Part shown: in pieces, positions 19,158 through 29,014 of the stretch
Position numbering within the stretch: position 1 is the first letter of the stretch
Layout of the letters: every line of letters starts with the position of its first letter
Origin: Bacilli bacterium
GTDB lineage: Bacteria > Bacillota_I > Bacilli_A > RFN20 > CAG-826
Assembly (NCBI GenBank): GCA_045598525.1
Contig: JAZLMH010000003.1
Coordinates: 23,892 to 87,891 of the forward strand
Reading direction: 5' to 3'
DNA: 64,000 bases
The notes under the pieces: generated by a model
The model's input: only the letters and a program-made list of their open reading frames with translations
The model's database searches: none
What the model was told of the DNA's origin: nothing
Program-made: the position numbers and the translations under genes

Positions 19158-20585
19158 TTATTCTTCATGATGGCAACAACAGTGCTCATCATGGCAGCAA
19201 CATTCTTCATTATCGTCGTGATGGTGACCGCAGCAGCACCCTTCATCGTCGTGGTGATGGCCGCAGCAGCACTCTTCATCGTCGTGATGATGACCACAGC
19301 AATGGTGTTCTTCGCCAGCGTCAAAGATTCTAGCGAGTTCGTTTTGGAGGTTTTCCAAAGAAATCTCGCTTTGTTCCTGGGTCTGGATGTTTTTGATTTT
19401 AAGAACGCCGTTTTGTACTTCTTCTTCGCCGACGATAAGAGCGAATCTAGCTCCTAAACGTTCGGCTTTCTTAAACATTGTTCCAAATTTGGATGCGGTT
19501 AATGGGATTTCGGTTGAGTAACCAAAGGTTCTGCAAGCCATGCCAATCTGGAAGGCTTCATCAATCATGGTTTCGCCAACAGGCATGACAAATAAGTCAA
19601 TTCCATCTTCTAAACCGTTTAACAAGCCGTTTTCCATCATAAGGCTATAGATGCGTTCGACGCCCATGGCAAAGCCAACGCCTGCGAGATCTGGTCCGCC
19701 AAGCTCTTTAAGAAGACCGCCATAGTGGCCGCCACCGCAGCAAGCGCCATAATCTTTTCCTTCTGGGCTCGTGAGATGGATTTCAAAAACAAATTCACTA
19801 TAGTAATCAAGTCCACGAACGAGGTTTTCGTCGATTTCATACTCGATTTCCATGTTATTAATATAGGAAAGGGTTTCATAGAAACGCTTTTCCGATGCTT
19901 CGCTCATGTAATCTTTGATTTTTGGAGCGCCTTTAGCGATTTCCTGGTCATGTTCGACTTTGCAATCGAGGATTCTAAGAGGGTTGAGATTAAGTCTTTC
20001 TTTGCAGTCTTCGCACATTTCGTCGACGTGTTGGCTGAAATACTCCACTAACGCTTTTCTGTAATTGGCTCTTGTTTCCGCATCGCCTAATGAGTTGATT
20101 TTGACTTTGATGTTCTCAAAACCGAGTAATTGGAGGCCCGCAACAGCAAGAATAACGCATTCTGCGTCTGCTCTAGCGCTATCTAAACCAACTTCTTCAA
20201 CGCCGAATTGATGGAATTGACGGTATCTGCCAAGCTGAGGTCTTTCGTAACGGAAAGCCGGTCCTTGATAGAAAAGCTTTAATGGCAAATCGCCTGCATA
20301 GAGCTTGTTAGAAATAATTGAACGCATAACGCCGGCTGTGAATTCAGGACGCATTGTGACGCTTCTATTTCCTTTATCAAGGAAAGTGTACATTTCTTTA
20401 CGAACGATGTCGCTTCCTTCGCCTGTTCCGCGACTAAAGACTTCGGTGTACTCCAAAGTTGGGAGCATTATCTCTTTATAACCAAAGAGCTCGCATGCCG
20501 CGGCTAAAGTGTTTTCGATAAAACGCATTGCTATGGCTTCTTTTCCATAGATGTCATGCGTTCCTTTGACTGGTTGATACTGCAT
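19158..20585 (-). CDS. hisS: Histidine--tRNA ligase with a 49-aa C-terminal Cys/His-rich extension
   Basis: Class II motifs FRYERPQLGRYRQFHQFGVE, GGGHYGGL and GFAMGVERI. The C-terminus reads HHCCGHHHDDEECCCGHHHDDEGCCCGHHHDDNEECCCHDEHCCCHHEE. Confidence 0.9.
   Translation of the reverse strand: MQYQPVKGTHDIYGKEAIAMRFIENTLAAACELFGYKEIMLPTLEYTEVFSRGTGEGSDIVRKEMYTFLDKGNRSVTMRPEFTAGVMRSIISNKLYAGDLPLKLFYQGPAFRYERPQLGRYRQFHQFGVEEVGLDSARADAECVILAVAGLQLLGFENIKVKINSLGDAETRANYRKALVEYFSQHVDEMCEDCKERLNLNPLRILDCKVEHDQEIAKGAPKIKDYMSEASEKRFYETLSYINNMEIEYEIDENLVRGLDYYSEFVFEIHLTSPEGKDYGACCGGGHYGGLLKELGGPDLAGVGFAMGVERIYSLMMENGLLNGLEDGIDLFVMPVGETMIDEAFQIGMACRTFGYSTEIPLTASKFGTMFKKAERLGARFALIVGEEEVQNGVLKIKNIQTQEQSEISLENLQNELARIFDAGEEHHCCGHHHDDEECCCGHHHDDEGCCCGHHHDDNEECCCHDEHCCCHHEE
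19161..19307 (-). repeat. In-frame imperfect ~33-nt tandem repeats encoding (CCCGHHHDDEx)n at the 3' end of hisS
   Basis: The unit TGCTGCTGCGG(C/T)CA(T/C)CA(C/T)CACGACGATGAAG recurs three times, followed by degenerate copies. Confidence 0.85.
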
Positions 20586-20599
20586 TTTTGTTTCCTTTC

Positions 20600-22864
20600 T
20601 TATTTCATGACGCGTTCACAGCTGTAAACGCCTTTGACTTCTTGTAATGTCTGGAAGATTTGGGAGATCGTCTGACTATCTCTAACATAAACGGTCAAAT
20701 TGATGATGTCGTTCATGGTCTTCTCTGTTAAGTGGATCTTAAGATCCGTGACCAATATGCTTTTTGAGCTCAAGGCCGCCATAACGTCGCCTAAGAGGTT
20801 TGGTCGATCGTTGGCGTGGATTTTTATTAAGGCTGGGAATTTAGCCGAAGGACCAAGATCAGGGTTCCAATGTACTGGAATCATTCTTGGCTGAAGCTTC
20901 TTTAAATTCGCGCAGCTTTGCCTATGAACCACAATTCCTTTGCCGTTTACTACGTAACCGACAATGTCATCCCCTGGTACTGGGGTACAGCATTTCGCTA
21001 GGGACATGGCCAAATGGTCTGCTCCATCGACTAATACTGGTGAGGTTGTATCGCTATGGACGTTCGCTACGAGATTGCCTGGAACCTTCGCAGTTTTTTT
21101 GCGAAGTCCAAGGAAATCGATGATTGTGAATGGCGCCGGATTCCTTTGAGCAACAAGCTCATAGAGATGTTCTAGGCCCTTGGCGTTAAAATGTTCAAAC
21201 ACTTTAGGGTCGTTTATGTATTTCTCCATCTCACCACTGCCCATGCTTTGGCTTGCAAATGCCTCAAGGCAGGATTCTCTTCCTTTTGCGATGGTGTCTT
21301 CTTTTAGAAGCTCGTTCTTTTTCTGTAAGAAACGACGGATATGAGACTTCGCGGTTGGCGTTTTGGCGATTTCTAGCCAAGAATCGCTTGGGCCCTTGGC
21401 GTTTTTCATGGTCCTAATCTCACAGACATCGCCTGTTTTAAGCGCAGCGCCTAATGATGCGTTGGCACCGTTGATGATAGCCCCTACAGCGCTTTCGGCG
21501 ACTTTCGTATGAATACGATATGCGAAGTCTAAGACAGTTGATCCGGCAGGAAGCTCGATGACTTTCCCTAAAGGAGTGAAGACATAGACGTTTGCGTTAA
21601 AGACGTCTTGTTCAAGTGCTTCCATATAGTCTTTAGCGGATTCGTTGCTGTTATCCGCTGAGAGGGAGACAAAGTCTCGGAACCAATGAAGCTTGTTTTC
21701 GATTTCGTTTTGCTCTTCCTTGGCGTTATAGTTTCCGCCGTCTTTATATCTCCAGTGAGCTGCGATGCCGCTTTCGGCGACTTCGTCCATATCCTCTGTT
21801 CTTATTTGAACCTCATAGATATTTCCGTCTCCTGAGACAATGGTTGTATGAAGAGACTGATAAAGGTTAGGCTTTGGCATCGCTATGTAATCCTTGAAAC
21901 GTCCAGGAACAGGCTTGTATGTAGCGTGGATGGCGCCAAGTACCGCATAGCAGTTCATGACAGTATCGGTAATGATACGAACCGCTAAAATGTCATATAG
22001 TTCATCGAAATTATAATGTTTCAGGTACATCTTTCGATAAATCGAATAAATTGATTTGATACGTGATTCGATGCGGAATTTTATTTTGTTCTCAAAGAGA
22101 AGGTCGGCGATTCTTTTACGAAGAGCGTCAAGGGAGCCCTGACGATCTTCTTCTCTTGCATTAAGCAAGGCGAGTATCTCGTTATACTTTTCCGGTTCTA
22201 AGTATTTAATGGATAAATCTTCCATTTCGCTTTGCATTTTATAGATACCAAGTCGGTGACAGATAGGTGTAAAGACGTCTAATGTCTCTTGCGCTAATGC
22301 ATGTTGTCTTTCGGGCTTCAACGCGTCTAATGTGCGAAGATTATGCAAACGATCGGCTAGTTTTACCAAAATGACGCGGACATCTCGAGCCATGCCAAGG
22401 AAAATCTTTTTGTGATCTTCTGCTTCAAAGTCTTTTTCCGTTCTATGAGAGAGTTTCATTCTTTGAATCTTTGTTAAAGAATCAACGATTTTGGCTACGT
22501 CAGGAGTGAATTCCTTCTCGATTTCTTCCACTGTCGTGTCTGTGTCTTCGACAACATCATGAAGGAAACCTGACATCAAAGTCTCTGGTCCTGCTTGTAA
22601 GCCTGCAAGAATGTATGCGACTTCAAGAGGGTGCTGAATATAAGGCTCACCGCTTTTTCTAAGGACGCCGGCATGTTTGTCCGAAGCGTAATGATACGCC
22701 TTCTCTACGAGAGCTCTGTCTTTCGGGTTAGTAATATAGGTATAGAAAACAGCTTTTAGATCATCAAAAGTATGCATTGGATATCCGCCGTTTGGCACTA
22801 ATGCATTGTTCTTTTTTTCTTCTAATTCCACAACCTTGTTAATCATAACAAGTTGATTATACAC
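20600..22864 (-). CDS. relA: Bifunctional (p)ppGpp synthetase/hydrolase (RelA/SpoT, Rel type)
   Basis: HD hydrolase motifs (HPLEVA...HDVVEDT), synthetase motif (RFKDYIAMPKPNLYQSLHTT), and TGS and ACT-like C-terminal regions. The start is uncertain: GTG at 22864, or ATG at 22846 or 22777. Confidence 0.9.
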   Translation of the reverse strand: MYNQLVMINKVVELEEKKNNALVPNGGYPMHTFDDLKAVFYTYITNPKDRALVEKAYHYASDKHAGVLRKSGEPYIQHPLEVAYILAGLQAGPETLMSGFLHDVVEDTDTTVEEIEKEFTPDVAKIVDSLTKIQRMKLSHRTEKDFEAEDHKKIFLGMARDVRVILVKLADRLHNLRTLDALKPERQHALAQETLDVFTPICHRLGIYKMQSEMEDLSIKYLEPEKYNEILALLNAREEDRQGSLDALRKRIADLLFENKIKFRIESRIKSIYSIYRKMYLKHYNFDELYDILAVRIITDTVMNCYAVLGAIHATYKPVPGRFKDYIAMPKPNLYQSLHTTIVSGDGNIYEVQIRTEDMDEVAESGIAAHWRYKDGGNYNAKEEQNEIENKLHWFRDFVSLSADNSNESAKDYMEALEQDVFNANVYVFTPLGKVIELPAGSTVLDFAYRIHTKVAESAVGAIINGANASLGAALKTGDVCEIRTMKNAKGPSDSWLEIAKTPTAKSHIRRFLQKKNELLKEDTIAKGRESCLEAFASQSMGSGEMEKYINDPKVFEHFNAKGLEHLYELVAQRNPAPFTIIDFLGLRKKTAKVPGNLVANVHSDTTSPVLVDGADHLAMSLAKCCTPVPGDDIVGYVVNGKGIVVHRQSCANLKKLQPRMIPVHWNPDLGPSAKFPALIKIHANDRPNLLGDVMAALSSKSILVTDLKIHLTEKTMNDIINLTVYVRDSQTISQIFQTLQEVKGVYSCERVMK

Positions 22865-22888
22865 TTCTATTTTAAATTCTAAACAAGT

Positions 22889-24436
22889 TTAGAAGGCTTT
22901 TTCGCATAAAATATCAAGATTTTTGCTTCCTCTGAACTCGTTTATCCTAAATGTGCAAGAGAGATCGGTCTTAGTTTCTAAATCGAATGAATCTTCGCCT
23001 AAAGAGAAGGAAAAGAGCCTTGTATTTGGTGTTAATTTGACTGAAAGATATCTTCCATCTTTGATATAAGTAAATGTTTTTGGGTCTAAATCTTTTAGTA
23101 GAAATTTAGGAGTTTCCCAGCAGAAACCAAAAGGACCGAAACTTTCGATGATATGGTAACTTTGCATATTACATTCGTTCAAATTAATTAAAATCTCATT
23201 TTTTGTTTTTGGAGAGAGTTTATATTTGATTGCAGCATAAAGGAAATCTTTTTTGAATGACGAGAAATCATCTTTAGAAATCGAGACACCCGCCGCAAAT
23301 GGATGGCCACCTTTAGAAAGGAGTTTTGTCTTCACTCCATCAAGGGCTTTAAGCACGTCAAAGCCTTCTTCGCTTCTACAAGATCCTACTAAAACTTCTG
23401 GGTTTCTTTCTTGTTTGGAAAATACGACTATTGGCTTGTGATAGATGTTTAAAAGCTTGCTAGCGAGCAAACCGTTCAACCCTTCTGGGATGTTGGCGTT
23501 AACTATAACCGCCGCTTCTTGTTCGTTTATTTCAAGATTCTCGCTTGCGGTTTTTGTTATTTCTTTTCTGCGATCATTAACTTCGTTAAAGTAATTAGCC
23601 AAAGCCGCTTTATTTGACTCTTCATCGCCAAAATACTTGAGTAAACGATTAATTTCAGGGCCTTTTTCCAGTCTTCCGACAGCGTTTAGCTTTGGAATGA
23701 TGTCCATTTGGAATGTCGAGACCTCAAAATGTCTTTTATCAGTCAATAAAGTAAAAACAGGGTATTGGTTTTTGTTAACAATCTCTAACATCAGGCGGAT
23801 TATCTCTCTGTTATAGCCATGGATTGGCATCATGTCGCTGATTGTCGAGAGAGCGCCTAATGTGAGTAGATATTCATCTACTCTTCCTAATAAGGCGACG
23901 CTGAATAAGAAAGATAAATATCCTGCGCTTATTGGGGTTTCGCCATAATTCAATAAGGTTGGGTGGATTACGATATCGCATTCTGGGGCTGTTTCATCAA
24001 ATTCATGATGATCAAGAATCATTACTTCGATGCCTATTTCTTTAGCAAGAAGCAAAGCTTCATGGGTGGTAACGCCATTATCGCAAGTAAAAATAAGCTT
24101 ATATCCTTTTGATGCGATTTTTCTCACGTTCTCTGGATTTAAACCATACCCATCTAAGTAACGGGAAGGAAGATATCCACTTGCTTCGATACCAAACTCT
24201 TTAAGGCATCTTAAAAGGATTGAGCCGCTAGAGATACCATCTGTGTCATAATCTCCGTAAATGAGCACTTTTTCGTGGTTTTCTTTGGCTTTTTGCAGTC
24301 TAGCTATCGCTATTTTGACCATTTGATCATCGTTAATGAGCGGAATTGAAGCAAAAGAAGGAGGAAGTACGCGTTTATCGTACTCCTCCTTCGTAAGGTT
24401 ATAGTATTTGAGTAAACGTTCAAATAAGCCTTCCAT
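22889..24436 (-). CDS. recJ: DHH-family single-stranded-DNA exonuclease, RecJ-like (short form)
   Basis: GDYDTDGISS and ILDHHEF (DHH) motifs plus DHHA1 (GGHPFAAG). The secDF-recJ-relA synteny is conserved. Confidence 0.8.
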   Translation of the reverse strand: MEGLFERLLKYYNLTKEEYDKRVLPPSFASIPLINDDQMVKIAIARLQKAKENHEKVLIYGDYDTDGISSGSILLRCLKEFGIEASGYLPSRYLDGYGLNPENVRKIASKGYKLIFTCDNGVTTHEALLLAKEIGIEVMILDHHEFDETAPECDIVIHPTLLNYGETPISAGYLSFLFSVALLGRVDEYLLTLGALSTISDMMPIHGYNREIIRLMLEIVNKNQYPVFTLLTDKRHFEVSTFQMDIIPKLNAVGRLEKGPEINRLLKYFGDEESNKAALANYFNEVNDRRKEITKTASENLEINEQEAAVIVNANIPEGLNGLLASKLLNIYHKPIVVFSKQERNPEVLVGSCRSEEGFDVLKALDGVKTKLLSKGGHPFAAGVSISKDDFSSFKKDFLYAAIKYKLSPKTKNEILINLNECNMQSYHIIESFGPFGFCWETPKFLLKDLDPKTFTYIKDGRYLSVKLTPNTRLFSFSLGEDSFDLETKTDLSCTFRINEFRGSKNLDILCEKAF

Positions 24437-27183
24437 TAGTCGTTAATACCGATGAAGATAGCTTCTTCTGGTTCGTTTGTTCTACGCTGATTTGCTTTTT
24501 GAGCGGCTTTTCTTTCTTCTTGGGCTTTCTTGTAGCTATTTGAAACCGAGTCGCCAGCTTTCTTAAGCCAGATGCTTAATGTCTGACAAACAGGAACAAA
24601 GATGAAGAGGACCGCAAGTGTAACAACGACGAGTCCGAAGATTGCCCCAAGGAAGATGATTGAATACTGACGTGGGCCTAAAGCAAGAAGGCTAAGGCAG
24701 AATGCGCCAAGCAATGAAGCGAAGATAATGACTTCTTCAGCTTCTTCACCGCTTGCCTTATAAAGACACTGATTCTTGAATTCAAGAGCGGTCTTATCAC
24801 GTTCACGAGAATCTTTGACAATTTCTTTACTTCTATTAAGAAGTAAGAGAGCAATATATGTTGCAGCTAAAGAAGCGACAACCGCACCGATTGATGCAAG
24901 AGGTGTAACTGCAAGTCTTGTAAGAGCGAAGAATCCTACAGTGATAACGCTGCCACCCATTGAAACAAGGCCGGTAGCAAATCCGCGAGCAAGACCAAAT
25001 CTAACCATCATGTAGATGGCTGCGAAGAGGAAACCAAGGCCAAGGCCAAGATAAACGCTGCCAAGGCTTGGTGATCCAGCTTGATGGCGGACGTTATTTG
25101 CTCTAGCGACAATGCTTTCAGCGCTCATGATTGTGGCTGCTTCGTTTACCGCTTCTGCCAATGTTGAATAATTTGTTCCTTCGACGACTAAAGCTTTCTG
25201 CTCGACTTCAGGGTTGAAATAAACGGTAAGAGGAACTTGGAAACAGTAAACTGTGTATTTTGTTTCATCATCATCTAAGTAGACTTCTCTTGTTTCAAGA
25301 GTGATGAGTTCTTCTGAGGTGTATTCGCTAAGTGATTTGCCTTCATGTTTGATTAATGGGAGGAAATCACTCATCATTTTTGCTTCTTTATCAAGAAGTT
25401 TTGTTGCACTTGAGTTGGAGTCGACCCAATATTCAACACTAAGTGTTGTTGTGTCGTCATATGCACCGCTATAGTTATAAACCTGTCCAAGGCCGCTCAT
25501 GACTGAAACACCAGCGATTGCAACCACAAGGAGAGCAAGAGCGCCGATCATGAATGGCTTCTTAAGTTTTGAGAAATCTTTATTTGCAAATCTGCCAAAG
25601 TAGACTTGTTTCTCGTCTTTTAATGCATTTGGACATTTAGCTGTATCGACGCCATAGATTGCTTTGATGTTCTTTTCGCTCTTTGGTGAGTTAGCAAGCA
25701 ACCATCCTTGCATACGAAGAAGAATAAAGTTAAGCAATAAGCCGATTGAACTTGTTAAAACAAGTGATAAGCCAAAGTTTCCGATTGAAGAATGGACGAA
25801 AGCATAAAGGAATACGCCAACGATGATTGAAACGACACTTAAGTCGATTGTCGGCCAAAGGGCTTTCTTTGTGCCTTCAGCATGAGCTTTCTTAAGTGTA
25901 CGGCCTTCATAAAGCTGCTGTTTAACTTTGTGGAAGTAATACATTGACCCGAAAGCGGTAACCATAGCTCCAAGGCCAAAGCCTACAAGAGCACCGATAC
26001 CAAACTGAGCGCCGAAGTAACCAAATAACAATACGCTTCCTTCTACTGCGACTGCTGTGTTTGCAAGAATTGCAAGAGCGCCAAGTCTATAGAAGATGGC
26101 AATAATAGCCATGCCAATTGCTAAAGCAACAAGAGTAGCGATTGCGCTAGGTCCGAAATTGATGAATAAATGCCAATCGCCTGCTGCTGTTAATGGATCA
26201 ACACCAGCAGTGATGACTGTTGAGTAAGCAAAGGAAACATCATAGTTATATTCTTTTGCGTTTAAGACGTCGCGGTAGAATTTAGCCGCTTTATAAGCTG
26301 CGTCTGCTTTAGATGCATCGTAGCTTCCATCTTTAATAGCTGCGCTACTTGGGATTAACTGAAGCTTTTTGAAGTTGTTGTCTTCATCTGCTCTATCAAC
26401 ATACCAAGCATTAGCTGCGGCTTCACCGATAAGAAGGCGCTTAGCGGTGTTTTCATTGTAATCGGTAGCGCTTGTGTCGACGGCGTTTTTGTATTCGTCG
26501 GTTTCTTGTTTATGTGCCCAAAGAACCAATAAACAGTTCTTAGCGGCTTGTGTTTCGTTACCTTCTTCATCTGTTTCTGCGTCCTGAGTGTGGTCAGAGC
26601 AGTATTTGATGAGTTCGTTTAATGGACCGTTTTCACCTTGGAAAGCTTCCTTAACTGGAATGGTGACGACTGGAATTGTGTCGATATATGTGATTTCTGC
26701 GTTGGTTCCTTCTTCGAAAAGGCCATTATCAGCAAAATCAACGCTGTTTGGCGCGTCCGAATAGATGTCTTCGTCTTTGCTGCCGGCTTCAACGGTGATA
26801 TGTTGGCCGCTATAAGCCAAATATGTCTGAAGATAGCTATATTCGACTTCGTCGCTTCCCTGAGTACGGACTGAGACTTTAACCGTATCGTAACCTTCTT
26901 TGGTGACGTTAGCGTTAATGTCCCAGAATTCGAGACGATCTTCGATTTCTTTTGCGACTTCGTCAACGGCTGTGTAGTTTTGGGTAGCCGCTGTTGCGCC
27001 AATGTAATGTTCAGGGTCTACGCCATGATAGGTGCTATCTTTTTCGGAAATACGGAAATATAAATCCTTACCACTGCCATAACTGACGTCGGTATCCATT
27101 TTGCTTAAAGACGAGGTGATAGTGACACCAACCCCGAGGAGCAACGAAGCACCAAGGAATAAGTAAGCTAATTGTCTTCGCAT
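24436..27183 (-). CDS. secDF: Protein translocase subunit SecDF (fused)
   Basis: Two six-TM modules, each with a large extracytoplasmic loop. A GGAGG RBS lies 6 nt upstream of the ATG at 27183 (the track start is 27207). Confidence 0.85.
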   Translation of the reverse strand: MRRQLAYLFLGASLLLGVGVTITSSLSKMDTDVSYGSGKDLYFRISEKDSTYHGVDPEHYIGATAATQNYTAVDEVAKEIEDRLEFWDINANVTKEGYDTVKVSVRTQGSDEVEYSYLQTYLAYSGQHITVEAGSKDEDIYSDAPNSVDFADNGLFEEGTNAEITYIDTIPVVTIPVKEAFQGENGPLNELIKYCSDHTQDAETDEEGNETQAAKNCLLVLWAHKQETDEYKNAVDTSATDYNENTAKRLLIGEAAANAWYVDRADEDNNFKKLQLIPSSAAIKDGSYDASKADAAYKAAKFYRDVLNAKEYNYDVSFAYSTVITAGVDPLTAAGDWHLFINFGPSAIATLVALAIGMAIIAIFYRLGALAILANTAVAVEGSVLLFGYFGAQFGIGALVGFGLGAMVTAFGSMYYFHKVKQQLYEGRTLKKAHAEGTKKALWPTIDLSVVSIIVGVFLYAFVHSSIGNFGLSLVLTSSIGLLLNFILLRMQGWLLANSPKSEKNIKAIYGVDTAKCPNALKDEKQVYFGRFANKDFSKLKKPFMIGALALLVVAIAGVSVMSGLGQVYNYSGAYDDTTTLSVEYWVDSNSSATKLLDKEAKMMSDFLPLIKHEGKSLSEYTSEELITLETREVYLDDDETKYTVYCFQVPLTVYFNPEVEQKALVVEGTNYSTLAEAVNEAATIMSAESIVARANNVRHQAGSPSLGSVYLGLGLGFLFAAIYMMVRFGLARGFATGLVSMGGSVITVGFFALTRLAVTPLASIGAVVASLAATYIALLLLNRSKEIVKDSRERDKTALEFKNQCLYKASGEEAEEVIIFASLLGAFCLSLLALGPRQYSIIFLGAIFGLVVVTLAVLFIFVPVCQTLSIWLKKAGDSVSNSYKKAQEERKAAQKANQRRTNEPEEAIFIGIND

Positions 27184-27298
27184 AAATATCCTCCAAGTAA
27201 TTTGCATCGCGCCAAAAAATGCGCTTGCAAGCGATTATAAGAATACCTCATACGCGAGCGCACGAGCAAGAAAATATGCACTTTAAATGTAAAACTTT

Positions 27299-28327
27299 TT
27301 AAAAAAGCGTACCTTGATGGGTAATTTTGAGGTGCTCGTAGGCTTTTGTGGTCGCTACGCGGCCACGTGGAGTGCGGTTGATTAAGCCAATCATTAAAAG
27401 GTATGGCTCATAAACATCTTCTAAGTTTGTGATTTCTTCGCCGATTGATGAGGCGATTGTTTCGAGGCCGACAGGACCGCCGTGGAAGCGTTCGATGATG
27501 GCTCTTAAGTATTTGATGTCGACATCGTCTAGACCAAGGTTATCTATCTTTAATGCATCCAATGCTCTTAAGGCTAATTCTGCATCGATTTTCTCTAATC
27601 CCTCGAATGACGCAAAGTCACGAACACGTTTATAAATTCTATTCGCAATACGAGGAGTTCCTCTGCTTCTCTGGGCTAATAAAGTAACGGCTTCTTTGGT
27701 TATTGGCATGCCTAAAACCTTCGATGTACGCTCAATAATCGCGGCAATTTCTTTTTCTGTATAGAAGTCGATTTTAGCACTTATTCCAAAACGCGCCCTA
27801 AGAGGCGAGGTAAGGTCTCCGGCCCTGGTTGTGGCACCTACTAAAGTAAAGGGAGGAAGAGGCATGTTTAAAGCTTTTGCCGCTCCATCGCGGTTAATCA
27901 TAATTGATAATTCAAAGTCTTCCATCGCGGTGTAAAGGACTTCTTCCACTTGTCTAGGAAGACGGTGAATTTCGTCGATAAAAAGAACGTCCCCTGGTTC
28001 CAAGTCACAAAGTATTGCGGCAAGGTCTCCGCTCTTTTCTATAGAAGGTCCGTTTATAGTTCTAACTTGCCCACCCATTTCATTCCCAATGACATAGGCC
28101 AAAGTCGTTTTACCTAATCCAGGAGGACCGTAAAGCAAGACATGGTCGAGGCATTCTTCACGTTTTTTAGCCGCGCCAATAAAGATTTCGAGATTGGTTT
28201 TAAGGGCTTCTTGTCCAACATACTCTCTAAGAGTCTTTGGGCGCAAAGTTAAATCCGTGGCATTATCTCCACTTTCTTTTCTGGCGTCTAATAAACGTTC
28301 TTGTTCGTTTGTCTTTTCTTTTCTCAT
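27299..28327 (-). CDS. ruvB: Holliday junction branch migration helicase RuvB
   Basis: [15 protein letters not shown] and a [15 protein letters not shown] motif. Confidence 0.95.
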   Translation of the reverse strand: MRKEKTNEQERLLDARKESGDNATDLTLRPKTLREYVGQEALKTNLEIFIGAAKKREECLDHVLLYGPPGLGKTTLAYVIGNEMGGQVRTINGPSIEKSGDLAAILCDLEPGDVLFIDEIHRLPRQVEEVLYTAMEDFELSIMINRDGAAKALNMPLPPFTLVGATTRAGDLTSPLRARFGISAKIDFYTEKEIAAIIERTSKVLGMPITKEAVTLLAQRSRGTPRIANRIYKRVRDFASFEGLEKIDAELALRALDALKIDNLGLDDVDIKYLRAIIERFHGGPVGLETIASSIGEEITNLEDVYEPYLLMIGLINRTPRGRVATTKAYEHLKITHQGTLF

Positions 28328-28887
28328 TTTTTAAGTTTCTTGAGTGCTAATCTTAACACTTCCTGATTTGTTAATCCCGGTTCATTGATCGTGGCAAGAG
28401 CGTCATCAATGGCTTTGACTTTGAAACCAAGGCTCTTAAGGCCTTCTCTGACTTCGTCATACTGGTCAGGGTTACCTTTCGCTCCACCGCCATCAGCAAG
28501 GCGTCCTTTAAGGTCTAAGATAATCTGAGCGGCTGCTTTTGGACCGATTCCAGGGAGTTTTTTAAGGAATGTCGTATTGTTTGCGGCAATGGCCTTCATT
28601 AAATCCTGAGGATTGGTTGCCCCTAAAGCTGTAATTGCGGTTTTTGGACCAATGCCTTTAACCGTAATCAAAGAGATGAAAGCCTCTTTTTCTAATTTAT
28701 CTTTAAAACCTACTAAATAATGATCGTTTTCGTTAAAGACTTCGTGAACATAGACTGTCGCGTTTTCGTTATACGAAAAGTCTGAGGTTCTAGCAACCAA
28801 AAGCTCATAAGCGATCCCGCTATTCAAAGCGATTGCGATTGTTTCTCTTTCGATGTTTACGATTTGTCCTGTGAATGAATAATACAT
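28324..28887 (-). CDS. ruvA: Holliday junction DNA-binding protein RuvA
   Basis: Two HhH motifs (VKGIGPKTA and LPGIGPKAA). It overlaps ruvB. Confidence 0.9.
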   Translation of the reverse strand: MYYSFTGQIVNIERETIAIALNSGIAYELLVARTSDFSYNENATVYVHEVFNENDHYLVGFKDKLEKEAFISLITVKGIGPKTAITALGATNPQDLMKAIAANNTTFLKKLPGIGPKAAAQIILDLKGRLADGGGAKGNPDQYDEVREGLKSLGFKVKAIDDALATINEPGLTNQEVLRLALKKLKK

Positions 28888-28891
28888 GGTT

Positions 28892-28987
28892 TTATTTGCT
28901 AAGAATTGCGAATAGTCCGATAAACAATAAGCCTACAAGAGACGCTACTAATGCAAGTATTGGGGCTATTAACTTATTCTTTTTCAT
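28892..28987 (-). CDS. Possible 31-aa single-pass membrane peptide
   Basis: MKKNKLIAPILALVASLVGLLFIGLFAILSK has a basic N-terminus and one hydrophobic helix. It ends 4 nt before the ruvA start. No clear RBS is present. Confidence 0.3.
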   Translation of the reverse strand: MKKNKLIAPILALVASLVGLLFIGLFAILSK

Positions 28988-29014
28988 TATTATACAAAAT
29001 TCTATGAATAATTA

